From NCBI GenBank assembly GCA_964019425.1, contig OZ025800.1:434001-498000 (forward strand): DNA of 64,000 nucleotides. Reading direction: 5' to 3'. The DNA comes from Flectonema sp. DT1601. Taxonomy: Eukaryota. Positions within the stretch are counted from its first letter, which is position 1. Each line of letters opens with the position of its first letter. Under the pieces are notes generated by a model. It made no database searches, was not told the DNA's origin, and was given only the letters and a program-made list of their open reading frames with translations. Position numbers and translations under genes: made by a program. Shown here in pieces: positions 37,301 through 47,861 of the stretch.

Positions 37301-39842
37301 CCCCGTGACCAACAGGTACAGTAGCATCCTGAATATCTGTATCTGAAAGCTCACTACCAGTTGTAGATTTAGGCGCTGTATGGTACCTTTTATCGCTCTT
37401 TTGGATGACACTGCCTTGTGCCCGTCTACTGACCTCGCTGGCATGGTCTTCGTGAATAGGATTTGCTGAGGGCGACTCAGAGCCAGTTGATGAAGTTGCA
37501 CTATCAACAAGGACGTCTGCTAGCGGACTACTGGATGATGAATCGGATTTCTTTTCCCTGCTGGTGATGTCTTCATTTCGACTGGTCAATTCCTTCACTG
37601 TTTGTACACTCTCATCAGTGGAGTAATTAGGAGTGGAACGTTGGGGACTATCATCATCTGTAGAGGAAGTAGATTCCCTTAAACGGATAGCATTAGTATT
37701 GTTATCTTCTGAACTAGTTACACTCTCAGTTGGTGTATTAGAAGTAGTGGTTCTGCTTATTTTGTCAGTCGATTCCTTATTGTGATTTTGGTTGGTTCTA
37801 CTAGTGGGGACTAAATCATTAGCTACTTGGTCTGACACCTTTGATTCTTTCCTGTCGACTTGTTTCTCATTCGCACTATCATCAAAACCGATCTCATCAT
37901 CTCCCTGTTGGATCTTATGTCCGACTTCTGCAACGCCAGGGGTAGTCAGGAAGTGAGGTACTTGACCAGAAGGCTTTCTGTGCTGTCGATGAGAACCTGA
38001 CTTGGACTGACCCCTGCTGTTTGGTTCAGGATTCTCTTCAAACTGTTTTGTAGAAATCGCTTCACGAATCCGCTTCCGTTCTCGCAGATCATCTAACCGT
38101 TGTTCATGAACCTGGAGAGAGAGTTCCTTTTGTCGTTCTTCCCTCCGTATCGATTCCGCATCATCTTGGTCATATTCAGCTTCTTGTTGATCATCTTCAG
38201 AATCACCGTCAAGAAATTCTCGTCTCTCTTCCGATAACTCGTTCTCTGACAGTGGCACGTTATCAGATTGCAAGCCCAGCTGGTATTTTCTCTTCAGTAT
38301 TTCTTCTCTTTCTCTAAGAGAAGATTCAGGTTGACTGTAAGATGAGCGGCGCTGACGCGAGAATGATCTGTCGCTATCAGGAATTGATGTTTTTGGAATG
38401 TATGGAGATGGGTAACTAGTAGCTTCTTGATTCCGTAGCTGTTCCATTTTGAGCTGATGCATTGCAATTAAATTACCGGTACTGTCATTTATATCATTTT
38501 CATTTCCTCCTTCGTCTTCTTCACCTTCATCTATTCCATCATCGTATTCTTCTCTTATCCGTTGTCGTGCTCTTAGTTCTTCGATTTTCATTCGCTGCGC
38601 TATAACTTCATCGGCATCTTCGTCACCTTGCTGGTGTTCGAAGTCTTCACACTCCCTGTGGACCTGTTCAACTTGTAATCTGTGAGATGCAATGATATCC
38701 ATGGTGTCATTGTCGTTATCTCCTTGATGATTTGGATCTGTAGAAGAAGCTCGCTCTCGTGTATAATTAATTAGTTTCTGTTTTTGGGCAAGTAGGATTC
38801 CATCAAGATCGTCGTCGTCAACCTCTTTAGGAATTGGTGATAAGACGGATACAACAGAAGGACTCTGACTCTGCTCTCCAGTCGATTGCGGATCTTGAAG
38901 TTGGTGATCAGACGCTGCTGTCATTTTTATAACAGCCGACATTTTGGTATTCGAATTGGTCATTTTTGGAGATCTCAGTTTTCGTAGTTCCTGTCGTTCT
39001 CGAAGTTCCTTTATTTTGAGACGGTGTGCTTCGATATCTGAGATTTGTATTTCTGAGTTGTTCTTCTCAATCTCCGCGTCTGCCCGTTCCTGTTGCTTAC
39101 GCCGAAGCTCTTCCAGACGTGTTCTCAGAACTAGTTCTTCTCGTAGCACTTCAAGCTCTTCTTGAAGAGGCCGGTTATGTTCTTCCATGTGCAGAAGTTG
39201 GGTGTTTTTAAATTGTTGTTGTGTTTCGGGTGATGCCAAGTCTGAAGGTTCGAGAGAAGGAAAAAATGGAGGAGCAGCTTCAGAATCCGAAAGAACAGGC
39301 GCCGTTGAAGGCGGGAGAGGTGATAAGTATTGATCCTCATCTTCAAAGGTCCGAATCTGTCGCTCAAGTTCACGTAATTCCGAACTTTGCTCAAGTTCAG
39401 CTGCTGCTTCTGCCATTTGTGAACGATCTGAAGAAGTCGATGAAGGCATGGTACCTTTATCAATTGTTCCAATTATTTCTGTTCCGGATTCGGTTGATTT
39501 CATTCGCGTGTTGCGGTGATTTGATTTTCGTTCAGTTGCCAATTCCTTTCTCAGTGCTTTTATTTCCTCCTTATAAAGTTCCTCTGCCGTCAAACCTGTA
39601 GTACCTACGAGGACCGTATCATGAAATGAGCTTACATGTGATACAGTACTTCCCCTCCTACTTCGTATTTTTCCTGTCGGAGACACGGCATCCTCGACGC
39701 TTCGAGTTAGCGTTCGTACTCGTTTCTGTAGAAGTTCCAACTGTCTTGCTGCCTCCGAAGAAGACCCCAAGGAGGTTCTCCTGGTACCAATATCTGCGAG
39801 TTGACGGGGACGGATGTCACCATTCCCTCTTAAAAATGCCAT
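31389..39842 (-). CDS. Giant 2817-aa, largely disordered protein with two C-C-C-H repeats, four ~90-aa DG-RP repeats and a C-terminal PH-like domain
   Basis: Uninterrupted 8.4-kb ORF. CSDC...CTATGRVH and CSEC...CPATGEPH; four units of type DP.DGA.I...Y.VDG..RP; C-terminal RRWLSVD...LQW...SIDF.....EGWI. Confidence 0.85.
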   Translation of the reverse strand: MAFLRGNGDIRPRQLADIGTRRTSLGSSSEAARQLELLQKRVRTLTRSVEDAVSPTGKIRSRRGSTVSHVSSFHDTVLVGTTGLTAEELYKEEIKALRKELATERKSNHRNTRMKSTESGTEIIGTIDKGTMPSSTSSDRSQMAEAAAELEQSSELRELERQIRTFEDEDQYLSPLPPSTAPVLSDSEAAPPFFPSLEPSDLASPETQQQFKNTQLLHMEEHNRPLQEELEVLREELVLRTRLEELRRKQQERADAEIEKNNSEIQISDIEAHRLKIKELRERQELRKLRSPKMTNSNTKMSAVIKMTAASDHQLQDPQSTGEQSQSPSVVSVLSPIPKEVDDDDLDGILLAQKQKLINYTRERASSTDPNHQGDNDNDTMDIIASHRLQVEQVHRECEDFEHQQGDEDADEVIAQRMKIEELRARQRIREEYDDGIDEGEEDEGGNENDINDSTGNLIAMHQLKMEQLRNQEATSYPSPYIPKTSIPDSDRSFSRQRRSSYSQPESSLREREEILKRKYQLGLQSDNVPLSENELSEERREFLDGDSEDDQQEAEYDQDDAESIRREERQKELSLQVHEQRLDDLRERKRIREAISTKQFEENPEPNSRGQSKSGSHRQHRKPSGQVPHFLTTPGVAEVGHKIQQGDDEIGFDDSANEKQVDRKESKVSDQVANDLVPTSRTNQNHNKESTDKISRTTTSNTPTESVTSSEDNNTNAIRLRESTSSTDDDSPQRSTPNYSTDESVQTVKELTSRNEDITSREKKSDSSSSSPLADVLVDSATSSTGSESPSANPIHEDHASEVSRRAQGSVIQKSDKRYHTAPKSTTGSELSDTDIQDATVPVGHGEALREVSISRKASRTRSRSYEKATPRRLSADSISRRRQISPRRSSISLSPTVNKRPSMTEQELEAAKQRREASVLKFGKEVTEAAEQENVFNYGTLQRSYNPHKAQEILAVSNARNQALQEQGRSTSPAQSAIEDPALEWFPGGSIREWRSASPTLSRRRSSSPNAGNPNPEYLLRLSFPPDGGPPVSAFDNQSEAPIPQQPPIPAGKWVSSYQENVYTRPYPSVPEEYPSREGSPNYQPVDYNRSNRYYPVPRSRRSLSNDVGYSSRYSEPIHHRRRSLSQQESYYDIHRRESDPIGNFNSRHSDYRTFRSQRRRTVSTSASTVSDDTNQSIHKKVSDKGNRRSSNRRSILNKNNSKKRRESSPQVSDSLLSDTEIQRVESTTVSRRSQRYSTDSSANKRKSRRLSDAHKKSDSRYSERRRKTLKSKKERRPSSSDVARHSDSKKISKKSKPSRNTETESDDQKEKQSRHESVGDIKSVEKRSKKGTHVRRSDVSSSRKDRSKHSNSQRVRKSSKGKTPLARSSKHEEPDLDNSNEEIENKSSRKTSHSDTRLTTPSLKASTPIAKSPKKKEPESDDFNEEGSLSKVSKRRQSESDEESESKNCIGKQSSVSENSQSDQHSDSVRRHQSLTDVRESTRHSTRHLNSENENIVTPKIENKSKRTHEDLTSDPCDDLTSDSHSVVSTNIRSQKAEQHHQKQSTNSSQILTNSDRNKEKYSGTKDETRRGAPRNRMAYSTEDKWRMHSKRTANERTKLLSKATVARNSPKVTSRDSQSSRQQDNNISAATNTKVSSTPDDKETVGLLQSRKAADSSSKKILKISSSPSPQINPASPPQPTSQRPVSESSKKAVGEKRKKLRSHPTSPRTSSRSTTTNGTYKEINPTRDAQTQVIKESRGRSISVQVSNPPEPEKNLPTPEAGGTREGDFIVSIDSDAITSFVSDISTTGTGLNETTSSGNSFNFPEYDTNGPDPRTVLSPPMCKEYITTETNPRNSLPPVANLSLAKVLVARNSGAAKIGRRDLIISDDVSSDSSDDLRIVNAVISRVRSQSPDFVMPSDLKIFPAVTSTPNPSVHLRANDLPLESASSPNRHSSLREAYEAKRRSYSVMKCSDCRLDPAVHIYCTATGRVHHEVCSECKVPPTSFKFCPATGEPHPKFSDREKKDTKTTKVDEIKKVQKSPQATPVVQPVQNEASTTSISTTTSSSDSRKTSVVSPRGLPPPILFNDPTDNVVIKIIASPPTSVVFSVDGEMRPPSSEIWFNSENRTVVFEDIQRILTLPNNDREVTEILSQLRGIADYVGAKHNLKNVADGECFSEVGSDGTGDTQGTVVNNKNNNTGESSPPDAIEYNDDSDGALISVFANNGPTGRELRYSVDGTSRPPSKSFNFDMSNRTILFTDINKIITLPTDCYSIVEGLRMLADWAGVSHNIPVLPSEKSKNTQSRVAPPTPTPSVKQPTQRVDQGTIPQAVEYPDPNDGALISIFASKGTPLNSKSVQYAVDGIPRPEFRILEWKESSRSILFSDINKIVSLPEDCTEILNGVYKLAEWGNVKHNLPKPTSTPVLTTPVSGHSTPELEAADAAILEEFEEKKSVVSRTTPVRQDRPQQDRLQQDRPQQDRPQQDRPQQIHFKDPGDGADITLFVSDSSQGTVIQYAVDGSSRPGSKMMKYSPLNQTIVFTDINKMIQLPTGDQLTSIAHKIVQMADWAGVSYNKELTTAANKQPRQAPIKIPASAGAAASYSAAAGSAAPIASTSTKVPMSKINKLKKLSAITYVYHERAKRGTWAIRHSVSAATSYRRWLSVDQSLQVLQWFTKQTDTVPKQTCNLSSVLSVRYPFSTLNSWVGLNESALRGSSATGASSLPVPSTVAIRRASRIKRLLATSHLLQLHPSVPNNRHYTFTVVRNDKSIDFTTDSREGWIAMVTMVDFSLKTIHNKPGVPLSVGRALWMLASHRIQHAKYGDSTTSIRRRGP

Positions 39843-40143
39843 CCATATAAATGAATGCCTTGCTGTAAAATAAAAGTACTAAATAAACTGATATTCTGGT
39901 TTTTATCTGTCACCCTAATCTCTCTATCTTATCCAATACATCTACGGCTAAATATTGTTCCCTGTTATTAAAGAATTACATAATCGGTAGCATACGTGAC
40001 GATAAATGTGTACACTTGAAATTTAGCGTAAATTATATTGCCTAATATCTCAGAAAATCGTTAGTACAAATCCAGAAGTTCAGAGATCCTGAGTGACATG
40101 ATGACCGCGCAATGAAGTATCCAATACCGATTCAACTACTACT

Positions 40144-41436
40144 CTAAGGCATGTTAATATGAGTACTAAATGCCTTTCCTTGGTCGCCGAGTAATTTAAC
40201 AATGTTCCTTTGACGATTTTGTGTGACTCCCCACATGCTTCGTTCGGTTCTATGAACTATGTCTCCACCCGTAGGTGGGCAGTTATACAAAGGTCTATTT
40301 TGACCCCAACCCAAATAATGTTCGTAAATTGGAGTATAATCAATCCATAATCCCTTGTTAGAAGTACAATCTAATTCTCTTATATTCCAATGTATTTTGT
40401 CTATTGCTTCTCTGTCATCAAAATCCTTTGTAACTACGTGGATGTGATAATCTTCCCTAAAACTTCTTCGGTCTTCAGACTCGACAGGTCTCAACAGTTG
40501 TAAATGTAAGGGTCCCCTAACTATGATACACTCAACATCTGAGCCCAGTTTGCCGTTTTCGAATGCTTCCGCTAATTTCTGTTTTTAGTAATTAATTTTG
40601 AAAGAGAAAAAAAACTGGGGAATGGGAGTAGTAGGCCCATGTATTGCTCCACTTTCCTCATATTGCTTACAGAATTTACATCATACTGTTAGACTAAACA
40701 ACAGGGGTTAGTCTGGCGCAAAAAAAATAATATTTCTGGACTCTTTTAAATGCACACGGGCACTTTTAAAAGAAAAGATAATCCATATTGAGCACGTGTT
40801 TATGGTCGAAAAAAATAATAAATGCCAAACCATCCAAGCAAGATCAACTTCAGCATCCTCGTTATTCCCGGGCAGCGGGCAGTACCAAGTAAATACACCT
40901 TGTCCCAATCCAACCTCCTTCACCTTACGTCTGTACACTTTATCAATTCCGTCGGCCCCAGCAACTCCCTCTCTAGAAAGTTTTCCCATCATTGGACCAC
41001 TTATAGTTGCTCTGACTGGTTGAGCTCCCTTCGAGTTAAAAGTAGAGAGTAGGTACGCCGGCATCGATGGTGCACTCCACGCTTCGTCACCCTGGTGGAG
41101 TACTAGCCCGTCACCGAATTCCTGTTTTTTTATGTTACATAGGATTGAAGTTATTAATAACTGTTAAGTGCTTGAATAATTAGAATGCAAATAAAAAGAG
41201 CTGCATAAAAAGCAGCAGCAAGGAAAGGGTAAGAAATTACCCTCAATTCGAAATGTTCGGTTGCGAAGACTAAACAGATAGCACACCTGTTTCATTGATC
41301 CCGGCTTCCACACACTCGCAAAGTCAGTAAGTGATTGACCTGCATCTTTCTCTATGAACCTCAATGAGTCCCACTTACCCCTTACGGCTTTATGTGCATT
41401 GGCATATGCAAAACTCGCACCCTTGCGAGCGTTCAT
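40144..41436 (-). CDS. Hypothetical 291-aa protein; exons 41287-41436, 40831-41121, 40144-40578
   Basis: Three ORF-track fragments join in frame through GT...AAACAG introns, all phase 0. Confidence 0.75.
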
Positions 41437-41636
41437 TTTCTTTTGTCTGGTCTACAAAAGGTTGGAATGAAAGCTACTTACGAGAAAATAAATGGTATCT
41501 CAATCCATAAATTAAACCTCTCAAAGCTAGTCTACCTGCAGTGTGGGGGGGAATTCTTTTTAAAACGCAAGTAACGTAATAAGGTTTTTTCTGTTGTGTG
41601 TAACAAGACACGTATACCGAGTGCTTTTTTTTATTA

Positions 41637-42660
41637 TTATTCCTCGTCTTCAACTGGTGCCTGTTGTAGAGTCAGGAATCCAGAGAAGCCCGCCTTTCAA
41701 ATTCCCGTGATTGCCCCTCGAATCGCTGCGAGTTTTTTCGTATTATCTTCGCCGAGCAGTTTGGCGGCATCGAGTTGTTTCTGTTTTTGGTTCCTTGTTT
41801 TAAGAAAAAGGGATAACATATTTTAGAAAACGTAAAAGAAACACAAGTCAAATAGAACAATCACCTACCTGGATAGTATCATGAGCGGTCGATAATTCGG
41901 AATACGATTTCTTCAACGTCGCACCTCTGCTGGCAAACTCATTGGGTGTCAGAAAACTTGGCTTTGTCGACATTAATATATTAGTGAAGTGTAAGTAATG
42001 TGTAAGTAGAACCTGTTTAGAACTATAGTTAACAGAATGTGATGATTCACATTAAAACACAATCTGACATTCACAGCTTCAAAGTAGTCCCAACAATTCA
42101 GTTTCACCATATCAAGTATTTTGATCAGTCCATTTGTTCTTTGAAATAATGGAATGTGGCCTGTGTGTTCTCAAATTCTTTTTCTGCTTTCTTCAAAGAA
42201 AATCGATGTGCTTCTTCCTCGAAGCAGGAAAGTATTGTAAGCAACTGAAAAGCAAAGTTAAAAAGAGTCGTTCCGAATTATTTGGACTTTCCTCACCTGA
42301 TCTTCGATCTGGTTTTTCTCGAGGATGCTATTCAATGTCGATATTGGCTCATCGGGAGTCATCTGTTGACATAACGGAGTCTGTAGTTGGTCGTGAGACT
42401 CAGAAGGTGTGTCTGCTTGACTTTTGGGGTGTCAAACAAGCATCTTCTGCTTCATCCTTTATTTCTTCATCTGGTATCGCCGCGCGCTTCCCGTTCTCAT
42501 TTGGAAAGTCTGACTTGTGTCTAAGAAGCCATTCACGTTGCAGCGATTTATAGTCGACGACCATAACCACTCGACTATCGCTGCCATATTTCATCGATAT
42601 ATATTACAACATCTTTCTATTGGAACGGAATGGGAAAATATCCCTCCCTTAACTGAAATG
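41637..42660 (-). pseudogene. Probable decayed or frameshifted multi-exon gene at the edge of the repeat block
   Basis: Coding-like segments (IPDEEIKDEAEDACLTP, then a +1 shift to KSQADTPSESHDQ...EDQ, a GTGAGG..TTTCAG intron, LLTILSCFEEEAHRF; later QKQLDAAKLLGEDNTKK) are interrupted by stops and frameshifts. Confidence 0.35.
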
Positions 42661-42980
42661 CACTCTGCAAGTTGTATTTCAATTCAGAATGAAGCATTTC
42701 GACCCGATAGCTATTTCGCATAAATTTACATTTATGTTTTAGACGCAAAGACAAAGTATATCGGTATTCACTCATTTATAATATTCTGTACATATTATTC
42801 CCTAAGGAGTTCAAGGAGTATTAAAGAGTGGAATTATTGATGTTTAGAGTATCTGAGATAATTGTTTGGTCTTGATATAATGTAGTCAACACCTTAACAT
42901 AACTTTATCACTCTGACCTCTTCATCTTTTGAATTTCCCACCCTCCCTCTTGTTCTTTGGCTGATCTGGGATGTGGGAAC

Positions 42981-44830
42981 CAATGAGGCGATCGGCAGGG
43001 TGGAGGTGTTCACGATTTTTCACGATTTTTCACTTAATTTTTTGCTGCTTCTGGTAGTGAAATCCCGTGAAAATGTGTGAAAACGTGTGAATTCTAGTGA
43101 AAAAAGTGAGTGATATCCAGTGAATAATATGTGTTGCAATAGTACTGCTTTTGGATCTCTATGTGTCTTTGTTGCAATCTCTGCTGTCTTAACGATGGTG
43201 TGTCGACATCAATGTTCTCATGTGGAACTCGCACAAGTAGGATGGTACCGTTGGTGCTGGTGTGCTGTGCGATGTCAAACCTGTTCAGTTTGCCATACAT
43301 GTCACTTTGACAACTAAATGGGCATCGCTTGTGCCCAGTGACCCATCACCCTTCCTGACCATCGCTTGTGGTGAGGTTCCGGACTTTGGACCGGCGCATC
43401 GCGTGCGGTGGGTTTAATCACTGAGGGGCTCATTCTCATTCAGACTGTTCTGTTCTGTTCTGTTCTGTGGTGTCTTTCCATTACTCCTCCCATCTCTGCC
43501 AGGAGACAGTCTGACAACCCATATTGATCCTGTATTCTGATCCACCCCGATCACTGAGCGCAGAGGTAATCGTGCAGGTTGACAGAGGTGGTGGTGCCGG
43601 ATCAGTGATTAAGATTCCGAGCTGCTGGAAGTGGTGCAGCGCACGTCGTAGTGTGTCACAGAATGATTGAGCTTGGTGGCTCTGTGTCAGTCTGCATGCA
43701 AGACTATAGCATGCAGTCGTAGCTGTAGCAGCAGTGATGTGCAGCGCTGAAGAGTTTTCTGTCACAGATGTTGCGTCACTTACCAGGCAGAAGGTACTCT
43801 CCTGGTTGCGAATGAGGAACACACAATCCTGCACATACAACCACCGGATCATCTCTCTTCGTGCAGCCCAATAACTGACGGAGTCAAGACCATGAAGCTG
43901 GCGGGTAAACTGCGGAATGCGGCGCATGGCGATGTGCTGCAACAGGATCGGGACAACTGTACTTGGTGGCTGTGGGCGGAGATGCAGGGTCCCAGCAACA
44001 GTGTATTGCGATACACCGTCAACCTCACCAATCTTCTCATCGCACCAGATCAGCATGCCATCCGTGCCAGCAACACGAGCCCTAACCTCCAAGTCATCTT
44101 CAACTTCTAGTCCCATACCACCCAATATATCTAACAGCTTTGATCTGCTAGTCACATACAGCAAGATCTCTGCTGGCAAGTAATCGCGAAGTTGCACTGT
44201 TTCTCTTACGAGAGCCATGTGAATGAATTACCACAATAAACTGTAGAGAACGATAGGATTAACAAGCACCACCACTTCAACGATCACCACACATGCCTAT
44301 CAACCCACCTGTGCTAGAATAGTTCAGCAACCACATGAAACTGTAACAAGAGCTGGATTAAAGAGAACTTTAGTATTAAAAACGGTGCATCATTGCAAGT
44401 ACTCTGAAGAATGTGATTGAGCTACTCAACAATCAGAAGCAATCGCGATGTTTTCGCAACATCGACATCGTCTCTCAGACTCGAGTCATATATTTGGACC
44501 TGTACTTTGCTAAGTGTATTAGTGAGCTTCAGAACAGTGAACGATACATGACATGCAGACTTGCAATGATACTTACCTAGGTAGACCTCGATAATTCTCC
44601 CCACGAGCCGATGACAACTACGAAGCAATTCAGTTCGGGCCCTCCCTGAGTAGCTTTTTTTACCAAGACCACAAATCTCAATATCAAAATTTACGAAAAT
44701 TCACGATTTTTCACCATGTTTTTGGCAGTGAATTTTCCTGAATTTCCGTGACAGGTAGTGACAACTCGTGATAAACCGTGAAGGATCGTGAAAATTCGTG
44801 AAACCTCCACCCCTGCCGATCGCCTCATTG
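42981..44830. mobile_element. hAT-like TIR transposon (1850 bp, internally deleted)
   Basis: Left CAATGAGGCGATCGGCAGGGTGGAGGTGTTCACGA and right TCGTGAAACCTCCACCCCTGCCGATCGCCTCATTG are inverted. Multiple subterminal TTCACG/CGTGAA motifs at both ends. Confidence 0.85.
43481..44218 (-). CDS. Truncated DDE transposase (hAT-like), N-terminal half of the catalytic domain
   Basis: FCLVSDATS (first D), SHQAQSFCDTLRRAL (htg..i...l helix), ITSALSDRGGSE (second D). No catalytic E or dimerisation region seen. Confidence 0.6.
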   Translation of the reverse strand: MALVRETVQLRDYLPAEILLYVTSRSKLLDILGGMGLEVEDDLEVRARVAGTDGMLIWCDEKIGEVDGVSQYTVAGTLHLRPQPPSTVVPILLQHIAMRRIPQFTRQLHGLDSVSYWAARREMIRWLYVQDCVFLIRNQESTFCLVSDATSVTENSSALHITAATATTACYSLACRLTQSHQAQSFCDTLRRALHHFQQLGILITDPAPPPLSTCTITSALSDRGGSEYRINMGCQTVSWQRWEE

Positions 44831-45630
44831 TGTGTGGAGCTGGTGGTTTGTGAAAACTTTGTGTGCGGAGCTTGTCGTTTTTTAAAACTTTGTGTGTGGA
44901 GCTTGCTATTTTTTAAAACTTTGTGTGTGGAGCTGGTGGTTTTTGAAAACTTTGTATGTGGAGCTTGCTGTTTTTTAAAACTTTGTGTGTGGAGCTGGTG
45001 GTTTTTGAAAACTTTGTGTGTGGAGCTGGTGGTTTGTGAAAACTTTGTGTGCGGAGCTTGCCGTTTTTTAAAAGTTTTTGTGTGGAGCTGGTGGTTTGTG
45101 AAAACTTTGTGTGCGGAGCTTGTCGTTTTTGAAAACTTTGTTTGTGTAGCTGGTGGCTTGTGAAAACTTTGTGTGCGGAGCTTGTCGTTTTTGAAAACTT
45201 TGTGTGTGGAGCTTGCTATTTTTTAAAACTTTGTGTGTGGAGCTGGTGGTTTTTGAAAACTTTGTGTGTGGAGCTTGCTGTTTTTGAAAACTTTGTGTGT
45301 GGAGCTGGTGGTTTGTGAAAACTTTGTGTGCGGAGCTTGTCGTTTTTGAAAACTTTGTGTGTGTAGCTGGTGGCTTGTGAAAACTTTGTGTGCAGAGCTC
45401 GTCGTTTTTTAAAACTTTGTGTGTGGAGCTTGTCGTTTTCTAAAACTTTGTGTTTGGAGCTTGCTGTTTTTTAAAAATTTTGTGTGGAACTGGTGGTTTG
45501 TGACAACTTTGTGTGCGGAGCTTGTCGTTTTTTAAAACTTTGCGTGTGGAGCTTGCAATTTTTTAAAAGTTGTTGTGTGTAGCTGGTGGTTTTTGAAAAC
45601 TTTGTGTGTGGAGCTGGTGGTTTGTGAAAA
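44831..45630. repeat. 31-bp minisatellite array 1
   Basis: Unit AAAACTTTGTGTGYGGAGCT-[GGTGG/TGTCG/TGCTG/TGCAA]-TTTKTK. AAAAC recurs at 44853, 44884, 44915. Confidence 0.95.
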
Positions 45631-47636
45631 ATTAATAAAAAAGAATATAAAAAAAAAAATAAAAAAAAGAATAAACAATGTTATCATTGTTTTTTTTTTT
45701 ATCGGACTAATTTCTATTTTCCGTTTCTTTTCTTTAAAAAATAAATAAAAAGAATTTAAAATAAAAAAGATGAATAAACAATGTTATCATTGTTTTTTTT
45801 ATCGTTCGACTTTGTCGACTAATTTCTATTTTCAGTTTTTTTCTTTAAAAAATAAATAAAAAGATTTTAAAATAAAAAAAAAGAATAAACAATGTTATCA
45901 TTGTTTTTTTTATCGATCGACTATGTCGATTACTTTCTATTTTCCGTCCTGGTCAAGACGCTAAACTGATTGTTTTTTTTTTTTTCAAAATTAATAAAAA
46001 AGAATATAAAAAAAAAATAAAAAAAGAATAAACAATGTTATCATTGTTTTTTTTATCGTTCGACTTTGTCGACTAATTTCTATTTTCAGTTTTTTTCTTT
46101 AAAAAATAAATAAAAAGAATTTAAAATAAAAAAAAAAAGAATAAACAATGTTATCATTGTTTTCTTATCGATCGACTATGTCGATTACTTTCTATTTTCC
46201 GTCCTGGTCAAGACGCTAAACTGATTGTTTTTTTTTCAAAATTAATAAAAAAGAATAAAAAAAAAAAATAAAAAAAAGAATAAACAATGTTATCATTGTT
46301 TTTTTTCATCGTTCGACTTTGTCGACTAATTTCTACTTTCCTTTTTTTTTCTTTAAAAAATAAATAAAAAGAATTTAAAATAAAAAAAAAAGAATAAACA
46401 ATGTTATCATTGTTTTTTTATCGATCGACTATGTCGATCACTTTCTATTTTCCGTCCTGGTCAAGACGCTAAACTGATTGTTTTTTTTTTTTCAAAATTA
46501 ATAAAAAAGAATTTAAAAAAAATAAAAAAGAAAGAATAAACAATGTTATCATTGTTTTTTTTTTTATCGTTCGACTTTGTTGACTAATTTCTATTTTCCG
46601 TTTTTTTTTCTTTTTAAAAAATAAATAAAAAGAATTTAAAAAAAAAAAAAAAAAAAAGAATAAACAATGTTATCATTGTTTTTTTTTATCGATCGACTAT
46701 GTCGATTACTTTCTATTTTCCGTCCTGGTCAAGACGCTAAACTGATTGTTTTTTTTTTTTTTTTTCAAAATTAATAAAAAAGAATATAAAAAAAATACAA
46801 AAAAAAGAATAAACAATGTTATCATTGTTTTTTTTTATCGTTCGACTTTGTCGACTAATTTCTATTTTCCGTTTTTTTTTCTTTAAAAAATAAATAAAAA
46901 GAATTTAAAAAAAAAAAAAAAGATTAAACAATGTTATCATTGTTTTTTTATCGATCGACTATGTCGATTACTTTCTATTTTCCGTCCTGGTCAAGACGCT
47001 AAACTGATTGTTTTTTTTTTCAAAATTAATAAAAAAGAATATAAAAAAAAAACAAAAAAAAAAAGAATAAACAATGTTATCATTGTTTTTTTTTATCGTT
47101 CGACTTTGTCGACTAATTTTTATTTTCCGTTTTTTTTTCTTTAAAAAAAAAAATAATAAGAATTTAAAAAAAAAAAAAAAAGAATAAACAATGTTATCAT
47201 TGTTTTTTTATCGATCGACTATGTCGATCACTTTCTATTTTCCGTCCTGGTCAAGACGCTAAACTGATTGTTTTTTCTTTAAAAAATGAATAAAAAGAAT
47301 TTAAAATAAAAAAAAAGAATAAACAATGTTATCATTGTTTTTTTATCGATCGACTATGTCGATTAATTTCTATTTTCCGTCCCGATCGAGACGCTAAACT
47401 GATTGTTTCCTTTTTTTTAAATAATAAATAAAAAAAAAAAAAAAAAAAGAGCATCTCCCTGCTATCCTCATATCCCCACAATAATATTATACCTTTTCAT
47501 TTTCTCTTTCCTTTTCTGGTCTTTTTTTTTTTTCTTCTTTTTTTTTCCTTTTTCATACAACGTTTTTTATTTATATTTTATTTTTTTTTATTTTTTTCAT
47601 GTTTGATTATTTCCTCTTCATATTTTTTTTTTTTTT

Positions 47637-47669
<33 letters not shown>

Positions 47670-47861
47670 TCTCTGCCTCTCTCTTAATTCTGTTCGTTTC
47701 TTTGAAACGAAAATTCATTTGAATATTATTCCTTGGTCAGCAACCATCATTGTCGCCCTTTGGGCCTGTTAAAAAAAAATAAAAATAAAAAGAAAGTTTA
47801 CATCGGGAATAGGGCAGGAGCCAAAAGCTCCCAGTCCGTTACTTCCCACTTTATCGAAATT
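45631..47861 (+). mobile_element. Unclassified hairpin-satellite element, 5'-short copy (satellite array plus fixed ~410-bp 3' module)
   Basis: Triple-hairpin satellite from 45631 to about 47450, then a T-rich module ending TTCCCACTTTATCGAAATT. Flanked on both sides by the 31-mer array. Confidence 0.7.

Noticed and set aside
33149..39850. Multiple antisense or alternate-frame ORFs within the giant gene
   Set aside because: Shadows of a long low-complexity CDS with no recognisable motifs.
41637..41942. UGA-as-Trp recoding suggested by two in-frame TGA codons in a spliced reading (MSLPAEVRR*...GAITGI*KAGF)
   Set aside because: Long Trp-rich genes (COX15, NAD synthetase) contain no in-frame TGA; pseudogenisation is simpler.
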